In this document: positions 13,298 through 27,299 of the stretch, one piece after another
Numbering within the stretch: the stretch's first letter is position 1
Layout: each line of letters begins with the position of its first letter
Source of the DNA: Geosiphon pyriformis uo1
Lineage: Eukaryota > Fungi > Glomeromycota
Length of the DNA stretch: 64,000 nucleotides
Reading direction: 5' to 3'
NCBI GenBank assembly: GCA_016748015.1
Contig: JAAOMT010000661.1
Span: 1-64,000 of the forward strand
Notes under the pieces: generated by a model
Told to the model about the DNA's origin: nothing
The model's database searches: none
The model's input: only the letters and a program-made list of their open reading frames with translations
Made by a program: the position numbers and the translations under genes

Positions 13298-14651
13298 TAG
13301 GAGGGTATAAAAAGTATTGGACACTTAATATAATATATAAAAAAGGCTATATATAGTAATACCATTACCAATTTAAGCCATAATTTTTTTTATAATTACT
13401 TATAGTTATAATCTACAAATCAACATAAATCGTGTTCTTGTAAAACACAATAGTGGATCATACGCGTATTTATAAAATATCAAACATTCTTGTTATGAAA
13501 AAATTTACCGCATCAAATATGTCTTAGAAAAAAACTTTCTGAATACCAAAAAGAAGAGATTATTTCAGCAAAAAAGTTAGGACATACAAATAGTAAGATT
13601 TCAACGACTATTGGATGTTCACATTCTTCTGTAATACGTGTATGAAAGTCATACGAGCTAAAAAAACTTCTAAAAAATGAATGGGCTGACCACAAATTCT
13701 TGACAAACGCACACGTGAACAACTCAAATATTCAATAATGGAGAATAAAGAAACCCGCCGCCAAACTTTTTCTCAAATATGATTGAATTTTATTAAAAAT
13801 ACCAACAAATCTATTTCTATACAAACTATTCAAAATGGATTAGCTCAAGAAGGACTTCGCTCATGCATTCCTCATCTCAAGCCATTAATTTCCAAATCAA
13901 ATAAAGAAAAATGTTTACAATGGGCTCGTACTTATGAAAATTGGACAGTAGAAGATTTTAAACAAGTTGTTTGGTTAGATGAATCTACATATACACAATT
14001 TAGGACTACAGGATTTGGACGTGTATAGTGTAAACCTTCCGAAGAGTTTCATAAGGATTGTATTGCAGCCACAGTTAGAAAAAGCTTTGGTCGCATGTTT
14101 TGGGGATGTTTTTCATGGATTGGTTTGGGTCCTTTAGTTCTTTTGGCTGGTCATATTACTGGAGTTATACACCGCGAAACCTTGGCTAATTATGCAATTC
14201 CTACAGTAAAACTTCATGCAAAAAAAACTAAAAAAAAGTTTTTTTTTTAGGAAGACAATGCACCAATTCACACATCAAAAGTCGCGCGTTTTTTTCTTAC
14301 CTCTTCAAATGTTGAATTACTTCCTTGGCCAGCACAAAGTCCTGATATTACTTCAATAGAAAATCTTTGGTCATATATTGAAGTTAAAATTTGTCAACAT
14401 AATTCACAACCCTCAAATATTGTACAATTGGAACAGTGGGTTAAGGAAAAATAGGATGCGATACCTGTAAATTACTATTGTAATTTGATCAAGTCTATGC
14501 CACATCAAGTTCAAGCTATTCTTGAAGCAAATGGGGGTCAAACAAAATACTAACATGTATTTTAATATAATAAAAAAAAATTAATGATTCATAAGTTAGT
14601 TCTTTTATATAACATATTATAAAAGTGTCCAATACTTTTTATACCCCCTTG
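13298..14651 (+). mobile_element. Full-length Tc1/mariner (DD34E) DNA transposon with inactivated transposase (~13519-14553)
   Basis: 29-bp TIRs (TAGGAGGGTATAAAAAGTATTGGACACTT / CAAGGGGGTATAAAAAGTATTGGACACTT), TA on both flanks. Motifs G*P (GRP), VVWLDES, MFWGCF, EDNAPIH-34 aa-E (WPAQSPDITSIENLW), ANGGQTKY*. Several nonsense codons and one frameshift. Confidence 0.95.
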
Positions 14652-17600
14652 TATGATAAAAATCTGTATAAGCCAGATGAAACTTTTTAAACAATTATAT
14701 AGTTATTTAATAACTTTTTGTGAACTCTAATATCTAATCTACAAAAAAAAATATGATTTGAAAATTCAACTTTTTTACAATACAAATACAAATTAATACA
14801 GTAATATTTGTTATATAAATATTTATAAATAGTTATTAACAGTTTATAATACAATATTTTTATAAATAAAAATGCATATTAGTTATAATTTTTCTTATAA
14901 ATTCAGCTATTATATAATAATTAGAGTATTACATTAATAATAATTTAATTTAGTTTATATTTTAAAGCAGATTACTATTCAAAACTCTAATATTAGATTT
15001 AACCTTTTAATAAATATAATAGATATTTAAAAAACTCTATAGACAAAACATTTCACATTTTCAAAAACAATACTATTACTAATTTTAATAAATTATTTAT
15101 GTATATAAATAAAAAATATCATATTTAAAAATAAAGCAGTATCAGTCAAAACATTAATTTTTTTATTGTTTAAAATACCACAGTAATTTTTTATCTTATG
15201 ATAATTAATACTTTAATTTTTTATTTGAATAATATTTACAATATAATATTATTTAATTCAATAACAATTATAAAAATTTGATAACACCAAAACTAATTTT
15301 GAATAATATATATTTAAAATTGTTTGGCTATTAAAAAATATTTTAATCACACAAAAAAAAAACATATTTTAAAGCCAATACAATAGTTTATAGCTTAATT
15401 ATTATAGAAAAAACCAATCTGAACACCTTAACATTTAAACCAAAATTCAGATTCTTAAAAAAAAACTGCAGCACTAGTTTTTATATTATTAATATTTAAA
15501 TTGTTCAAAAAACTATTAATAAAACAGAAAAACAAATTATATTAGCACTAATTAGTTAATTATAAACCAAACCAAATTTACAAAAATATTACTTTTTTTA
15601 TTATGTAATTGTTTAACAAAAACAACTCTAAATCTTTTAAATAAGTAAAATTTCTTAAAAAAACATGAGCCACTTAAGACTAATAACATTAAAGTTCTAC
15701 TTTAAAATCAAAAAATAAGCAAAAAAAGTTATTTAATAATAGATTATAATCATAAAAAATCCAAATTATACTAGTAAAAAAATTGTTTATAGAGTAAATT
15801 TTAAGATAAATTAAAAAGCACAAAAAATGAAAAATGAAATAACTTAAGATCTATAAATTGAAAGATCTGTAATTAAACAATTAGCTTAAAATATCACAAG
15901 TATTAAAAAACTTAGCACAAAAACCAATTTGCATTCGGTTTGTATCTGTTTAAAAGTTTTTGTTAAGTTAGACTTTGATAAACTTTTTATTAATAAAAAA
16001 ATGCCTAAATATTTGTAAAATTCCTCTTTTTTAACAATTAAAATTAACAGATTATTGATTGACAAAGGAAAATTTACAACTCTATAGTTAATTAAAATAA
16101 TTATTGTTTTATTATTATTAATTGAAATATTATTAATAAAAGCATTAACAACAAAAAAAATATTAAATCTGTTTAATTCTTAACATATTTTATTTTAGTC
16201 ACAAATCTAGAATTAACTTTATATTTACATACTTTTTTGTCTTTTGACTTAACATAAAAAAAAGTTATAAAAAATATATTAGAAAAGAAAAAAAACATCT
16301 TACTTTAATTTAATTTATTATGTATATAATAACTATTTATTAAGTTAAAATTAGGTATAACTTAATTAATCTAATTATTATAGATTTTATCAAAAAATCT
16401 AACAAATTTATTATATATTTTAACTTAAATTAGATTGTTTTTTAAGTTTTTTCAACTTATTGAATCATTTGTTTTGTGCATATTTTGTAAAATTAACCAA
16501 AATTTATAATTTTTTTCCAGAGTATTCTTTACTATTAAACTAATTACAAAGATTAAAAATTGTGTAATTATTTTTTTTAAAACTAAGAAATTGTCTTTAT
16601 AGAAAATATTATAACTACTGTAAACTAAAAAAATTCTATTAAATAAAATTTTAAAAAAAATTTTTCAAGTAGTTTTAATTAGAACAATGAGTTTTGTGTT
16701 GGTTAAAATTATTTTTTATTTATATAGCTTAAGAATATTAGTATTTAAACTTTCTTTTAAGACTAAAAAACTAATTTACTTATTAAATAAATATTAAAAA
16801 AGTCTAAAATTAAAGAATTACAATATTTTCAAAATTTATTTAATATTTTAAACAAATCAAAAACCTTTCTATTTGGTAGTTTTATTATAACATCAATTAT
16901 TTTATTAAAACCAATTACATTTATGACTTTAAAAAAAGCATTATTAGTCATATAAAGTAAAAATAAATACTATTAATATCAAACATCTAAATTATTTTTC
17001 AATATTCTACACTTTTTTATTTATTTCTTCATAATTAAATCTATTTTAAATTTAACTTTCTTAGATTCTAACACCAAATTTTTACTATTTACTAAATAAT
17101 CTAAAACTACTTTATAGAAAAAACATTTTAAAACACTTCTAATAGTGGTCTTTATTAATTCCAAAACTTTTTATTTTTTTATTAATAACAACATAAATTT
17201 TCATAACTTTAATTTATTAAAACTTACCAAACTTAAGTACATAATACATTTTTCTAATATTAAAATTAGTATTTAATGCTAAAAAATTTTGAACATAATA
17301 TATATACAAGTTATTAAGTAATAATTAACAAAAAATTAGATTAATTAACTCATAATTTAAGTCTAAATAAAAAGTTTAAACAATCTTAAAAACCAAAACC
17401 TTCAATTTATAAAAATAAATAAAATTTTGCTAAAAATGTTATTAAAATTTCTGCTTTAAGATTTAAAAAAAAACTTTATTGGCTGAAAAACAAACCACTT
17501 TTTAAATAATATTTTACATAAAATACAAATTCAATAGTTTTATTAAATAATCAAAATTTTTACCAAACACAATAATATTTGTTAATATAGTATTTTTAAA

Positions 17601-20600
17601 TCAAGTCTATTTAATTTCATTAATTTTTTTAAAATTGTATTTTTATTGATTTTTATTAATTTGTTTATGTAAAGTACTTAAATATACATATAAAATATTT
17701 TCCAAATTAATAAAGATAAAAAAATAAAGTAATTGGTATTAAAAAAATTTTTTATATTTCACACTATTCTGTTATTTATAGCATTAGTCAGATTTGCAAT
17801 ATAAAAATATAATCAATTGTTTTTTTGATTTTTTTAGAGTTTTCTTAAGTAGAAATTTCAGTTCACAAATTACTAATCAAAAAATTAATCAAATCAAACT
17901 TTAAACACTTTTTGAAACTGGTATTATGTTTGACACTATTTTTATTAAAATTATTATCTAAAATAATAAATGTACATTTATTAAATACTCTGACTATAAA
18001 AAAAATTAATAACAAATACCTAATCTAAACATTTCATAAAAGATACATCTGTATATAATTCTAATATCAAAACTAACTGCCTGTTTTTGAAGAATAAACA
18101 AACCAAAAAAAGTCTATTAGGAATCTTTGTAATTTTAAAACATGTTAAATCAAACAGTTATTTATAATAATTACAATACCAATATTCATAAAACTAACAT
18201 TTAATTTAGAAACAAAAAACTCTTACTTATTCAAACTTATTTACAATTCAAAATTTAATAACCAAAATATAGTTTTGTTTTTATAATAATTAAAATATTA
18301 TTTTGTAATTTTATGCTATTTAATAATATTATTCTACTTAATAAAAACATTTATACTCCTAATATTATATGTAGTAATATTTCAAATAAAACTAATTATT
18401 GAGATAATAAAAGAGCAAATACATTCAAAATCAAAGCCAAATTGTTAAATCTTGCTAAAAAACTTATGACTAAGCTGAATAAATTAGTTAATTAAACTTT
18501 TAACTTAATTATATTTAAAAGTATTAAAAATTTAGTTTTGTTACAGTTTTATTACTAGTGAACATACTTAAACTTTTATTATTATTATATTATTCACTTA
18601 ATCTTATAATAAAAAAATTATTAGTATTTAATATTCAGAATTAGACTAAAAAACTATTAGCACAAATGTATCTAACTTTTTAGTTAGCTTACTAATTTGT
18701 TTTATAAAACTAATAAAACTATATTTAATATTAATAAATCATATTTTTATATTACTTATTGCTATCAAGAAAGATTTATTTTTATTTAAAAAATTAGACC
18801 AAAAAAAAATATTTGAAAATATCTGAAAAAAATTTATTGATAATAGATATCTAAAATTTGTCTTTAAAAACTATAAAGTAAATAACAAAAGCAAAATTTT
18901 TGACATAAATATAAACCAATTTATATTAATCTATAATTTAAAAAAAAGCTTTTTTTTCTTAAGCATTAATTTATTATTAACCAAATTACAATTAAAAAAA
19001 GTATAATTATGTATGTTACAACTTAAATAGATAGCCAAAAATAAATAAAACCAATAAAATACAATATTTTTTATAATAAAAACCACAACTATCATCTTAT
19101 TCAGTTTTTTTCTAAATTGTAATATATAATAGCATATTTAATATAAGTATAATTAACAGAGTTATAATTAATTATACAAATCTTTTTACTAATTGAGTCA
19201 ATATAATTCTAAAGATTGTAAATATTTATTCTTATAAGTAAAATATAAAACACTGTCTTAAATTTATTTTTAGTATTTTATAATTGTTTATTAATATTAG
19301 TTTTTGTCATATAAACTGTGTTTTTCTTGATAAAAAAAACTATTCAGAAGCCAATAAATTATTTTGATTATTTTTTGACATAGTTTTATTAATTATATCT
19401 TGATTAACTTAATAATATTAAAACCAATAAGTATAGCTTATACAGTCTCCAATAATATTTCTATAAAAATTTTTTTAATTATTATTGCTTGATTAATTTG
19501 GTTGTTTACTAAATATTTAAGATTGGTGTTTATTATAATACTCTTATAATTTATCAAACTTGTTATTATTATTATTGCTTTTTTAAAAGTAAAAAACATC
19601 TGGATTATTCTATCAAATTCTAAAAAAAAAAGTCTCTCCAAAACTATTTACACCAAAAAAAAATTTTTAATAGTCTTCAATTTTTTTAAAACAACTTTTT
19701 AAATATTGCTAAAAAATTAATATTCAAAGCAAAAAACTTGTAACCAAAATATTTATTAACAGTTTTAAAGAAAAAAAAAAGTCATTTAAAATATTATTGT
19801 TATTATTACTGCCAACATTAAAGTTGATTTACTCAAAAAATTTACTAAGAACATATTTTGTAATAGTTTTTTTTAGTTCTTTAAAAATCATGTTTACATC
19901 TTTATATTCTGATTTATTATTACTATTAAACTAAAAACTAGTCTTTTTTATAAGAAATTTTTTGTTTATGTTCATATTCTTTATATTAATAGTATTTTTA
20001 ATAACTGATTCAGGTATTTTGACAGATTCAATTGTGTTTTGAGTCAGCTTTGATTACAGTTTTTTTCAAGATACTTTTTTTGTATTTTTTTCTAGCAAAT
20101 AAATCTGAAGCTATAAAGTTAACGCCAGATTTCTTCTTGGTTTTTTTATACTTAAAACACTGTTAAATTTAACAGTTTTGTATTTGAACAGAAAAAATTT
20201 TGTGATATTCAACTAAGTAGTAAAAAATAACCAAAAACAGAAAAAACTTCTTTTAGAATTGTTGCATTTTTTCAGAAATTTAGGACATAGAAAAGAAAAA
20301 AGTTAGTTTTCTTACTAATTATAAAATTATATTTAGTTAATAATAATATATTTTAATTAAATATATTAAATTGTAAGAAATTAGATATATTTTCATGTTA
20401 TAATAATTTAAAATTAAGTAAATTCATTTTTTATAATAACTTATTTTTTTTATTTGAAAAAAGATATTTTAACATTTTTTTTCTTGTTAAAAGTAATAAA
20501 TTACAATCTGATTTTCTTGTTTGGTATAGTAATTATAATAAATAATATAATTATTAAAAGTTTTTAAAAATTTTGAAGACTTAAAAATTATTTATTAATT

Positions 20601-20767
20601 GTACTAATATTGACAAAAGATTAAAATCTTTGTTTAGTAATATTGTTTGGTAAAAGAAAGTGTAATATTATTGATAATTTGTTAAAAAAAAAACTGATTG
20701 AAAAATATAGGATTAATAAAAACACTCTACCACAATCCTTTTTTGCCAAAAAAACAGTCCAGTTTTT

Positions 20768-21040
20768 ATGACTGATTTTACTTTTTCTTATGATAAAAAT
20801 ACTATTGTTAACTTCATTATTGCTGAAAAATAATTAACCAGAAAACTAGTATTTTAAAACTGACTACTGCTTAAATCTTAATAAAATTAGAAATTAAAAA
20901 CTGTCCTAATTTGAAGACTTTAATTTATTCTCATAATTGAATAAAAAAACTTACCTTAAAGGTTGTCTTAATTTAACTACTAAATACTCTTTTAATAGTG
21001 ATAGTTATATCTTGCTTAAGGAAATTGATCTACTCAAAAA
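20768..21040 (+). pseudogene. Decayed intronless leucine-rich-repeat gene fragment
   Basis: MTDFTFSYDKNTIVNFIIAEK*LTRKLVF*N*LLLKS then KLEIKNCPNLKTLIYSHN*IKKLTL (LxxLxxxxNxIxxL pattern). Confidence 0.5.
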
Positions 21041-22049
21041 GTTTTTATTAAGTTAGAAAGAAGAAAAAGAGAGCACAGAAACAAAGCTCTAATTCTTTAA
21101 AAAATGAGGATAATTAAAATACTGCCTTAAATTCCATTTTTTACAAGAAAACAAATTTCAAATCAAAAATACTGTTCCAAAAGACACCAAGAACAACACG
21201 ATTCTTTGGGATTTTAAAAGAGTTGGCTTCAGGTTTGTTAAAAAAACAAGAGATTGGTGCTTTTTTAGCAGCCAAAGACTGTTATGTCTGTATTATTTAA
21301 GGTAAATGCTTTTGCAAAGTGCTGTCTGGCTGTTTCTACAGTCAAGGGGACTTTTTGGGTGGTTGCACTATTAGAAACAATAGAAAAAATAAGGTTTGCT
21401 TCCTTTTTACTCTTTGTTCATAAAATTCAAGAGAGAAAAGAGAATTTATTTTATATATATTTATAGTTTTCATATTAACTATATGGTGAATTTTCTTTAA
21501 TGTTCCAATCTTGTAGTATCTATCACATTATAATTTAAAAAAAAATTATAGAAAATTTGATTTTTATTATTATAATTTACGAATGAAATATTTTTTGTCA
21601 CACTTTTCTAAAGTTTTTATTAACCGATGAAATTTTTTTTTGAGCTGCTCAGAAACTTAAGAATATACCAAATTGAGTTTTGAAAAATTCCTCATATGTT
21701 TATTCAAAAAATATTTTTTGTGCAATATCAAGTTTATATTTTTCCAATTTCCAATAATTTAATTTACTATTTTAAATTAGTTCTTTAATATCGTGTTACT
21801 CGAATTTATAGAAAATCTAACGTACAAACATATCTTTGAATAAATTAAATAAATTGAAAATTTGGTGTTACTATCTCGCAAATTTTAATTACGTAAAAAC
21901 GTCCCAAATCCTCAATTCTCAACCTTTTTTTAATTATGACAACCCTGAGTTTATGCATCGTTCTCTACTTTGTTGTCAGCCCAGGCATTTATATAAAAAC
22001 CAATAAGAAATTTGATATTATCAAGGCAATTTAATAATTTTTAAAGTGA

Positions 22050-22767
22050 TCAAAAAAGATTTAACTGTCTGAAAAAGTATTTTCCTACCCTAATCTTGAC
22101 TTCTGAAACTTCAACAAAGTTTATTGTGTCAGTTACTGAGTGAGTTAAAATTGTGTACAGAATGCCAATATCATCAAAAAAGCATTCGTTCACTTTTTCC
22201 TTTAGCATTGAAAGAGAGAAAAAACGTGAAAACACATGGCAGGAACGTGAATCAAATTGGATACCATGAAGGACGATAAAAAGTCCCAAGTCATTTAAAG
22301 TGTATTTGATAGGCTTTGATGGTCTGAAATACAGAATTAGATTGATCTCATTATATAGTCCTACTTCACAAGACATATTGAGATATGCTCCGGTGAATTT
22401 GCTCTTTATAATCAAACAATTTATAAATTATTTACTCTCTAATTAAAAGAAAAACCATTTTAAGCAAAAACATTAGAGCAAACCTTCACCTCTTGTTTAA
22501 TTATCCATTGATATTTATTTCTAAAATGATCCAAGAATGCTATTTGAACGAGCTGCTGAAATTTTTTAGAGACACGCCGCCAACGCCAAAGGCTAGTGAA
22601 AGGCCTTGATCATGAAAAGGAAATATGTCGCTTATATAACCACAACCCAAGTTCGAGACAAGTTTAGTTTTTAAGAACGATTCGCGAACTTACCAATTTG
22701 ACCAATGAAAGTCAAGAACATCTGAAAAGATTTTTATCCAAATTTCATCAGGAAAAATTTCCCCCAT
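22050..22767 (-). CDS. F-box protein (3 exons: 22767-22694, 22592-22484, 22403-22050; 178 aa)
   Basis: Spliced N-terminus MGEIFPDEIWIKIFSDVLDFHWSNCLWRWRRVSKKFQQLV matches the F-box consensus. Donors GTAAGT and GTTTGC with matching phases join ORF 22050-22415. Confidence 0.8.
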
Positions 22768-25700
22768 TATAAAATAGGAATTTGTAGTACTTGGGAATCC
22801 TGAACAGTCTCACGAATTAATGTTAAAATGTGATTCTCTGAATTACCAGACTCATGATGACTTAATATATATTATATCACGGTAAACTATGATGGATACT
22901 TGTTACGACAAATGATATCATCAAAGATGGCTATGAAATCATCACGATAATAGCAAAAAAATAAAAAAATAAAATTTTGTTTTCAAATATGAAAAAATTA
23001 AAGGAAAATCCTATTTAATGAACAATTTAATAACCAATAAAAATCTTTTCCATTTAGCAATGATTTTATTTTAAATTACACAACTTTTGAATTTTTTTTT
23101 CAAAATCAAAAATCTAATGTCTAAAGTTATTTTTCCTAAACTCTCTTTTCTAAACTTTTTATATAAATAAACCGGTCTTTAGGATTAATTTCATTTGGGC
23201 TAACGCTAGCAGTGTAAAACTTTCATCTCTTTTAGTTTGGTTATCTTTTTCCCGTTTCTCTTATAAAATTTGGCTCCTCTTCACTTATTCAATTGTTTGG
23301 TGAAACTTTTGATTTGAGTTTTTTATTGGTCGATTGTCCCATGCTGTTCTTCAACATCTCGCTCTTGAATTTTAAAAACAATTAAAATTTAAGCTTTATT
23401 TTTGAGACATAACCAATGATTTTTTGTTTATTGTTATGATTTGCTGTTTGAAAAAAGTATTTTTAACTAATGGTTATGAATATATTTAAGCTTGATTCAA
23501 ATAATAATTAAATATAAATTTCAAAATATGTTACAATAAAATTTCATCTCCAGTGAGCTTTTGGTTCTCGAATAAATGAAAATCCTGTCCAACCTCATAC
23601 ACATATTTGATTTACCGTACATGCAACGTATCACGTTTTGCGATAACCGATAAAAATAAATAATTCATTCGGTCTCCAAAATACATGTGTCTTTTCAATT
23701 TCAAAGCCAAAAATTAATTTAAACCTCATTTTCATTTGAAAAATCATTTTAGTGTAAAGATTCATAACCTAAAAGACACTTAGTTTATAAAAGATTGCGG
23801 TTGGTATCATCTCGAACAAGAGTTTTCATTTAACAAAATGAAATTTTTATATATTACTGCATTCTACGACAAACGTTTTTTGAGGCAGATCGAAGAATAC
23901 ATAAGTTGTGGTCTTCTCGAATAGTTAAAAGTGAGTTATTATTATTATGTTTTGTCAAAATACTCTATTCTCACTATTAGAAATTTAAAAAAAATTTTCA
24001 TTTTAAATATAGATATGTTAAGTCTTTGTTCTTTTTTAATCACAATTAAATTATTACAATAATCACATATCAAGAAACCTTTTTTGGAAGAAACTTTCAT
24101 ATCCGATACTACATCCAATGAGGAGAGACATTATTGTTTTAGAAGATGCCATAAACCAAATCAAGACCGGACGGCTTTGGGTTTAATGTTAACTCTGTAG
24201 TTACTATTGAGAAAGTACCGTTGGGCATTAAACAGATAACAATACAAATTTTTTGTCAAAGTAGTTAAAATTGAAAATTTATTTATTATAGATATTTGGT
24301 CTGAATTTATTAGGGTTATGTGATATAAAACTTATTGCAGGTTTTTATTGGTCATTATAGTTGAACCCTTAGCACATGTATGATCTGTAGAAACGAATAA
24401 AATCTCTTGAATTTTTGTCCAAAGAAACGTTTCAATCACAATTGGTCCAATTTATCAGAAAATTCAACAGTGTGGAATCTCGGGTCAGTTTCCATGAAGA
24501 CCTGGAACTAAAAGATTGGGCTCCTAGAAAATGATTTTTTTCAAGGAAAATCAGGGTGAGGGTACCCTTCAGTTTTTTTCACCCGAGAACTACTGAGAAC
24601 TGAACTGGGTCTGATTACCCTCAAATAGATGGGAGTATATATGACTTTACCTGGGTAACCGATTAACCAATGAACTAAACTAGGGTTCCAATCAAAAAAC
24701 CGATTCATTAAACATTACGAGACTCAACACAATCCCACATGCCGTGGATTGGGTAATGTAAAGTTACCCTATGAAAATATTAGAGGAATCTAGGCCTCAG
24801 GCTACCCTGTACATATGATAATGCTAGCAATATTTACAGAAGCTGTAATGATAATAATGAAAACTTTTTGTTGAAATTTTTGCCCCATAGATTTACGTTT
24901 GCTCAAAACATATTATTAATTTCTTGAATGACGTTCTATTGTATGCAAGCGTATGATACAAAAACCAGGTTCCCATAAAAATAATGGGGCACCGAGTTTA
25001 AACGGTGATGTCAATAAAAATGATGTAATGTATGACCAGGGTTTCCGTCACAATTCTGCATGGAAAATCACAAAAGTATTAGAAATGACATTCGAAAATT
25101 GGATACAATAATCAGGTTTTTATTAATGCAACCTAGTCTGGATTGCCTGGAAAACCTGATGCTGACCTCTCGGCTCCAAAGGGAAGCTAAATTAAATTGA
25201 GACCTGCTAAATAGACGTGTATCCACACAAGGCTGATATTAAAGGAAAAGGTTCAAGCAAAAGAAGCCATAAATATGAGCTATTTACATGAATTTTTGTC
25301 TTGAATAATTGGTAACATTTTTTAACTTTCACACATATTCCGCTTTCTTGAAAAAAGCTATGAGAAGAGGATTCTACAGCGATAAAAACTTTTTTGCAAT
25401 GGAAATATCGTAATGGTAATTAGAAACAGGTTGTACCCTTAATATATTGTTCAATACTCTTGCTCTTTTTCACCATAAACTTTCAAATCATCCAAAGACA
25501 AAGTGAACATTTGACGTCATATGAGTATACCAACTCATAACTTAAATTTCTGGTTAAAATTGTCATTTTGGCTCTGCCATTCTCATTTCTTTTTTTTTAA
25601 TCTGTACTTCCAAAGTTGTTGGATTAAAACTTTCCATGGGCAACTAGTTTTTTTAATCTTGCAACCTCTTCCTCTAGTTCTTTTTATACTATTTAAAAGT

Positions 25701-27299
25701 TCTTGTTTTTGTCTTTTAACTCACTCTTCAGACTTTCCATAAAATTCTTATGGTTTTTCTTTCTTCGGTAATTGTTCTTGTAAGTCGTTTATTTGTGTCT
25801 TATAGACAACAGTCATGTGATGAACATTTAGCGAATTATATATGACGTCAGTGACGCCTATAATATAAATTCAAGCTAGAATGTTGACAGAATATACGTG
25901 CATCTTCTCGCATTTGACAATTTTTAATTTAAATATCTCTCTCTAAAATTCTCACAAACTATATCAACTGCGACTAACTTGTTGATTGCTTTATTATTTC
26001 ATTAACAGTCATATTGCCTTTACCATAATGATTAGAACAAAAATCATACTTTTAACTTCTATGTTAGCGATTAATTTTGCTCCTGTGTTTTCTTCTTTTC
26101 TATCAATTTGTTAAATGTAATGAACGAAATATTCGAGAGAAGAGAAAGGGATGTAAACATAATCACGTGAAATGGAGAACTATGTACAGCGCAAGACTTC
26201 ATTACGCAAGCTATAGAAAATTAAGATAGCGCAAATAATCTTCTTAAATCCAATTCCTCCATCATTTTTTAAGATTTTTATTGGTTAGCCAGTAGGATTT
26301 TTTTAGCTAAACCTAAAGCATTTAATTCAGCTTTTTTTTCAGCTATTATAAGTTAGTATTTAACTTCTTAAAAATATTATCGGAACAATAAAGTTTTTTG
26401 ACCTATTGAGCAATTAGGAATAGTTAGTTGGTGCAAAATAGATATAATTTTCTTGCTAGCTTTTCTTAATTTTATTTGTATTATTAATATATTCAATTTT
26501 TCTTTTTTTTAAAGTTGTTTCTTGATTATATAAAGTAATAATTTTTATCTTTTTTAACTTATTAATATTTATGTTTAAACAAGTTAATTAAGAAAAAAAA
26601 TTTATTATTAATTTTCTTTATATTTTTAATACTAATTTTATTTTTGTCTAAATTATCTAACTAAATTTTTAGTCAGTATTGATTTTTATACTCTATTACT
26701 ATTATATAAAAAAATTTTTTATTAATTTAAATAAACAATAACCAATTAAAATAATTTTTTATTATTTTACCTGTTGTAAAAAAAAGATAAAACCACTATT
26801 TTTATTAAAAAAAACATAAATTTTATGATTTTTTTTTAATATTACTATAAATCAAAAATGGTATACTATTATAATAATTTTCAAATTAAATAATTTTTTA
26901 TCTTTTTTTAATTTTCTCTTTTTGATTTTTGTTAACAATTGAATTTGTTTCAATTAATCATGTTTTTATAAAATTGGTAATATAAATATATTTTATTTAT
27001 TGAAAGTATTAATAAAATTGGTTTTAAGCAAAAAGGTAAACATTGTGATAAAAATATTTCTGGCGTTTTAATTCCATAAAGGAAACATTAACACTGGAAA
27101 TAACAAGGCCTTGATTTTTTCTATGATTTTTGAAGTCTCAGATTTACTACTTTTTATTTGTTGATTAACTATTGTTTTCTAATTGGTTTTTCATCTTATC
27201 TAAGAGCAAATTTCGGGCATCCCAGTATTGATAGGCACGACACATCTAGCTATGAGAAAAAGATTAGTATGATCCGATCAATTTCTAAGGATAGACAAA

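Larger units (their letters stand above)
5600..21470. repeat. Large block of decayed repeat/foreign DNA, depleted of C and G
   Basis: About 13% GC in a hand-counted 300-bp sample (17401-17700), CpG nearly absent, no long ORFs, nested TE remnants. Contrasts with the flanking DNA. Confidence 0.8.

Noticed and set aside
9706-19641. Short I/K/N/F-rich ORFs (9706-9918, 12949-13224, 13090-13371, 19438-19641)
   Set aside because: Compositional artefacts of eroded AT-rich DNA.
5600-21470. Mitochondrial or organellar insert, or centromere call
   Set aside because: No rRNA, tRNA or respiratory gene motifs recognised; nested TE relics explain the AT richness. Centromere function cannot be judged from sequence alone.
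24840-25816. Minus-strand coiled-coil-like gene relic
   Set aside because: Numerous stops and frameshifts, no recognisable domain.
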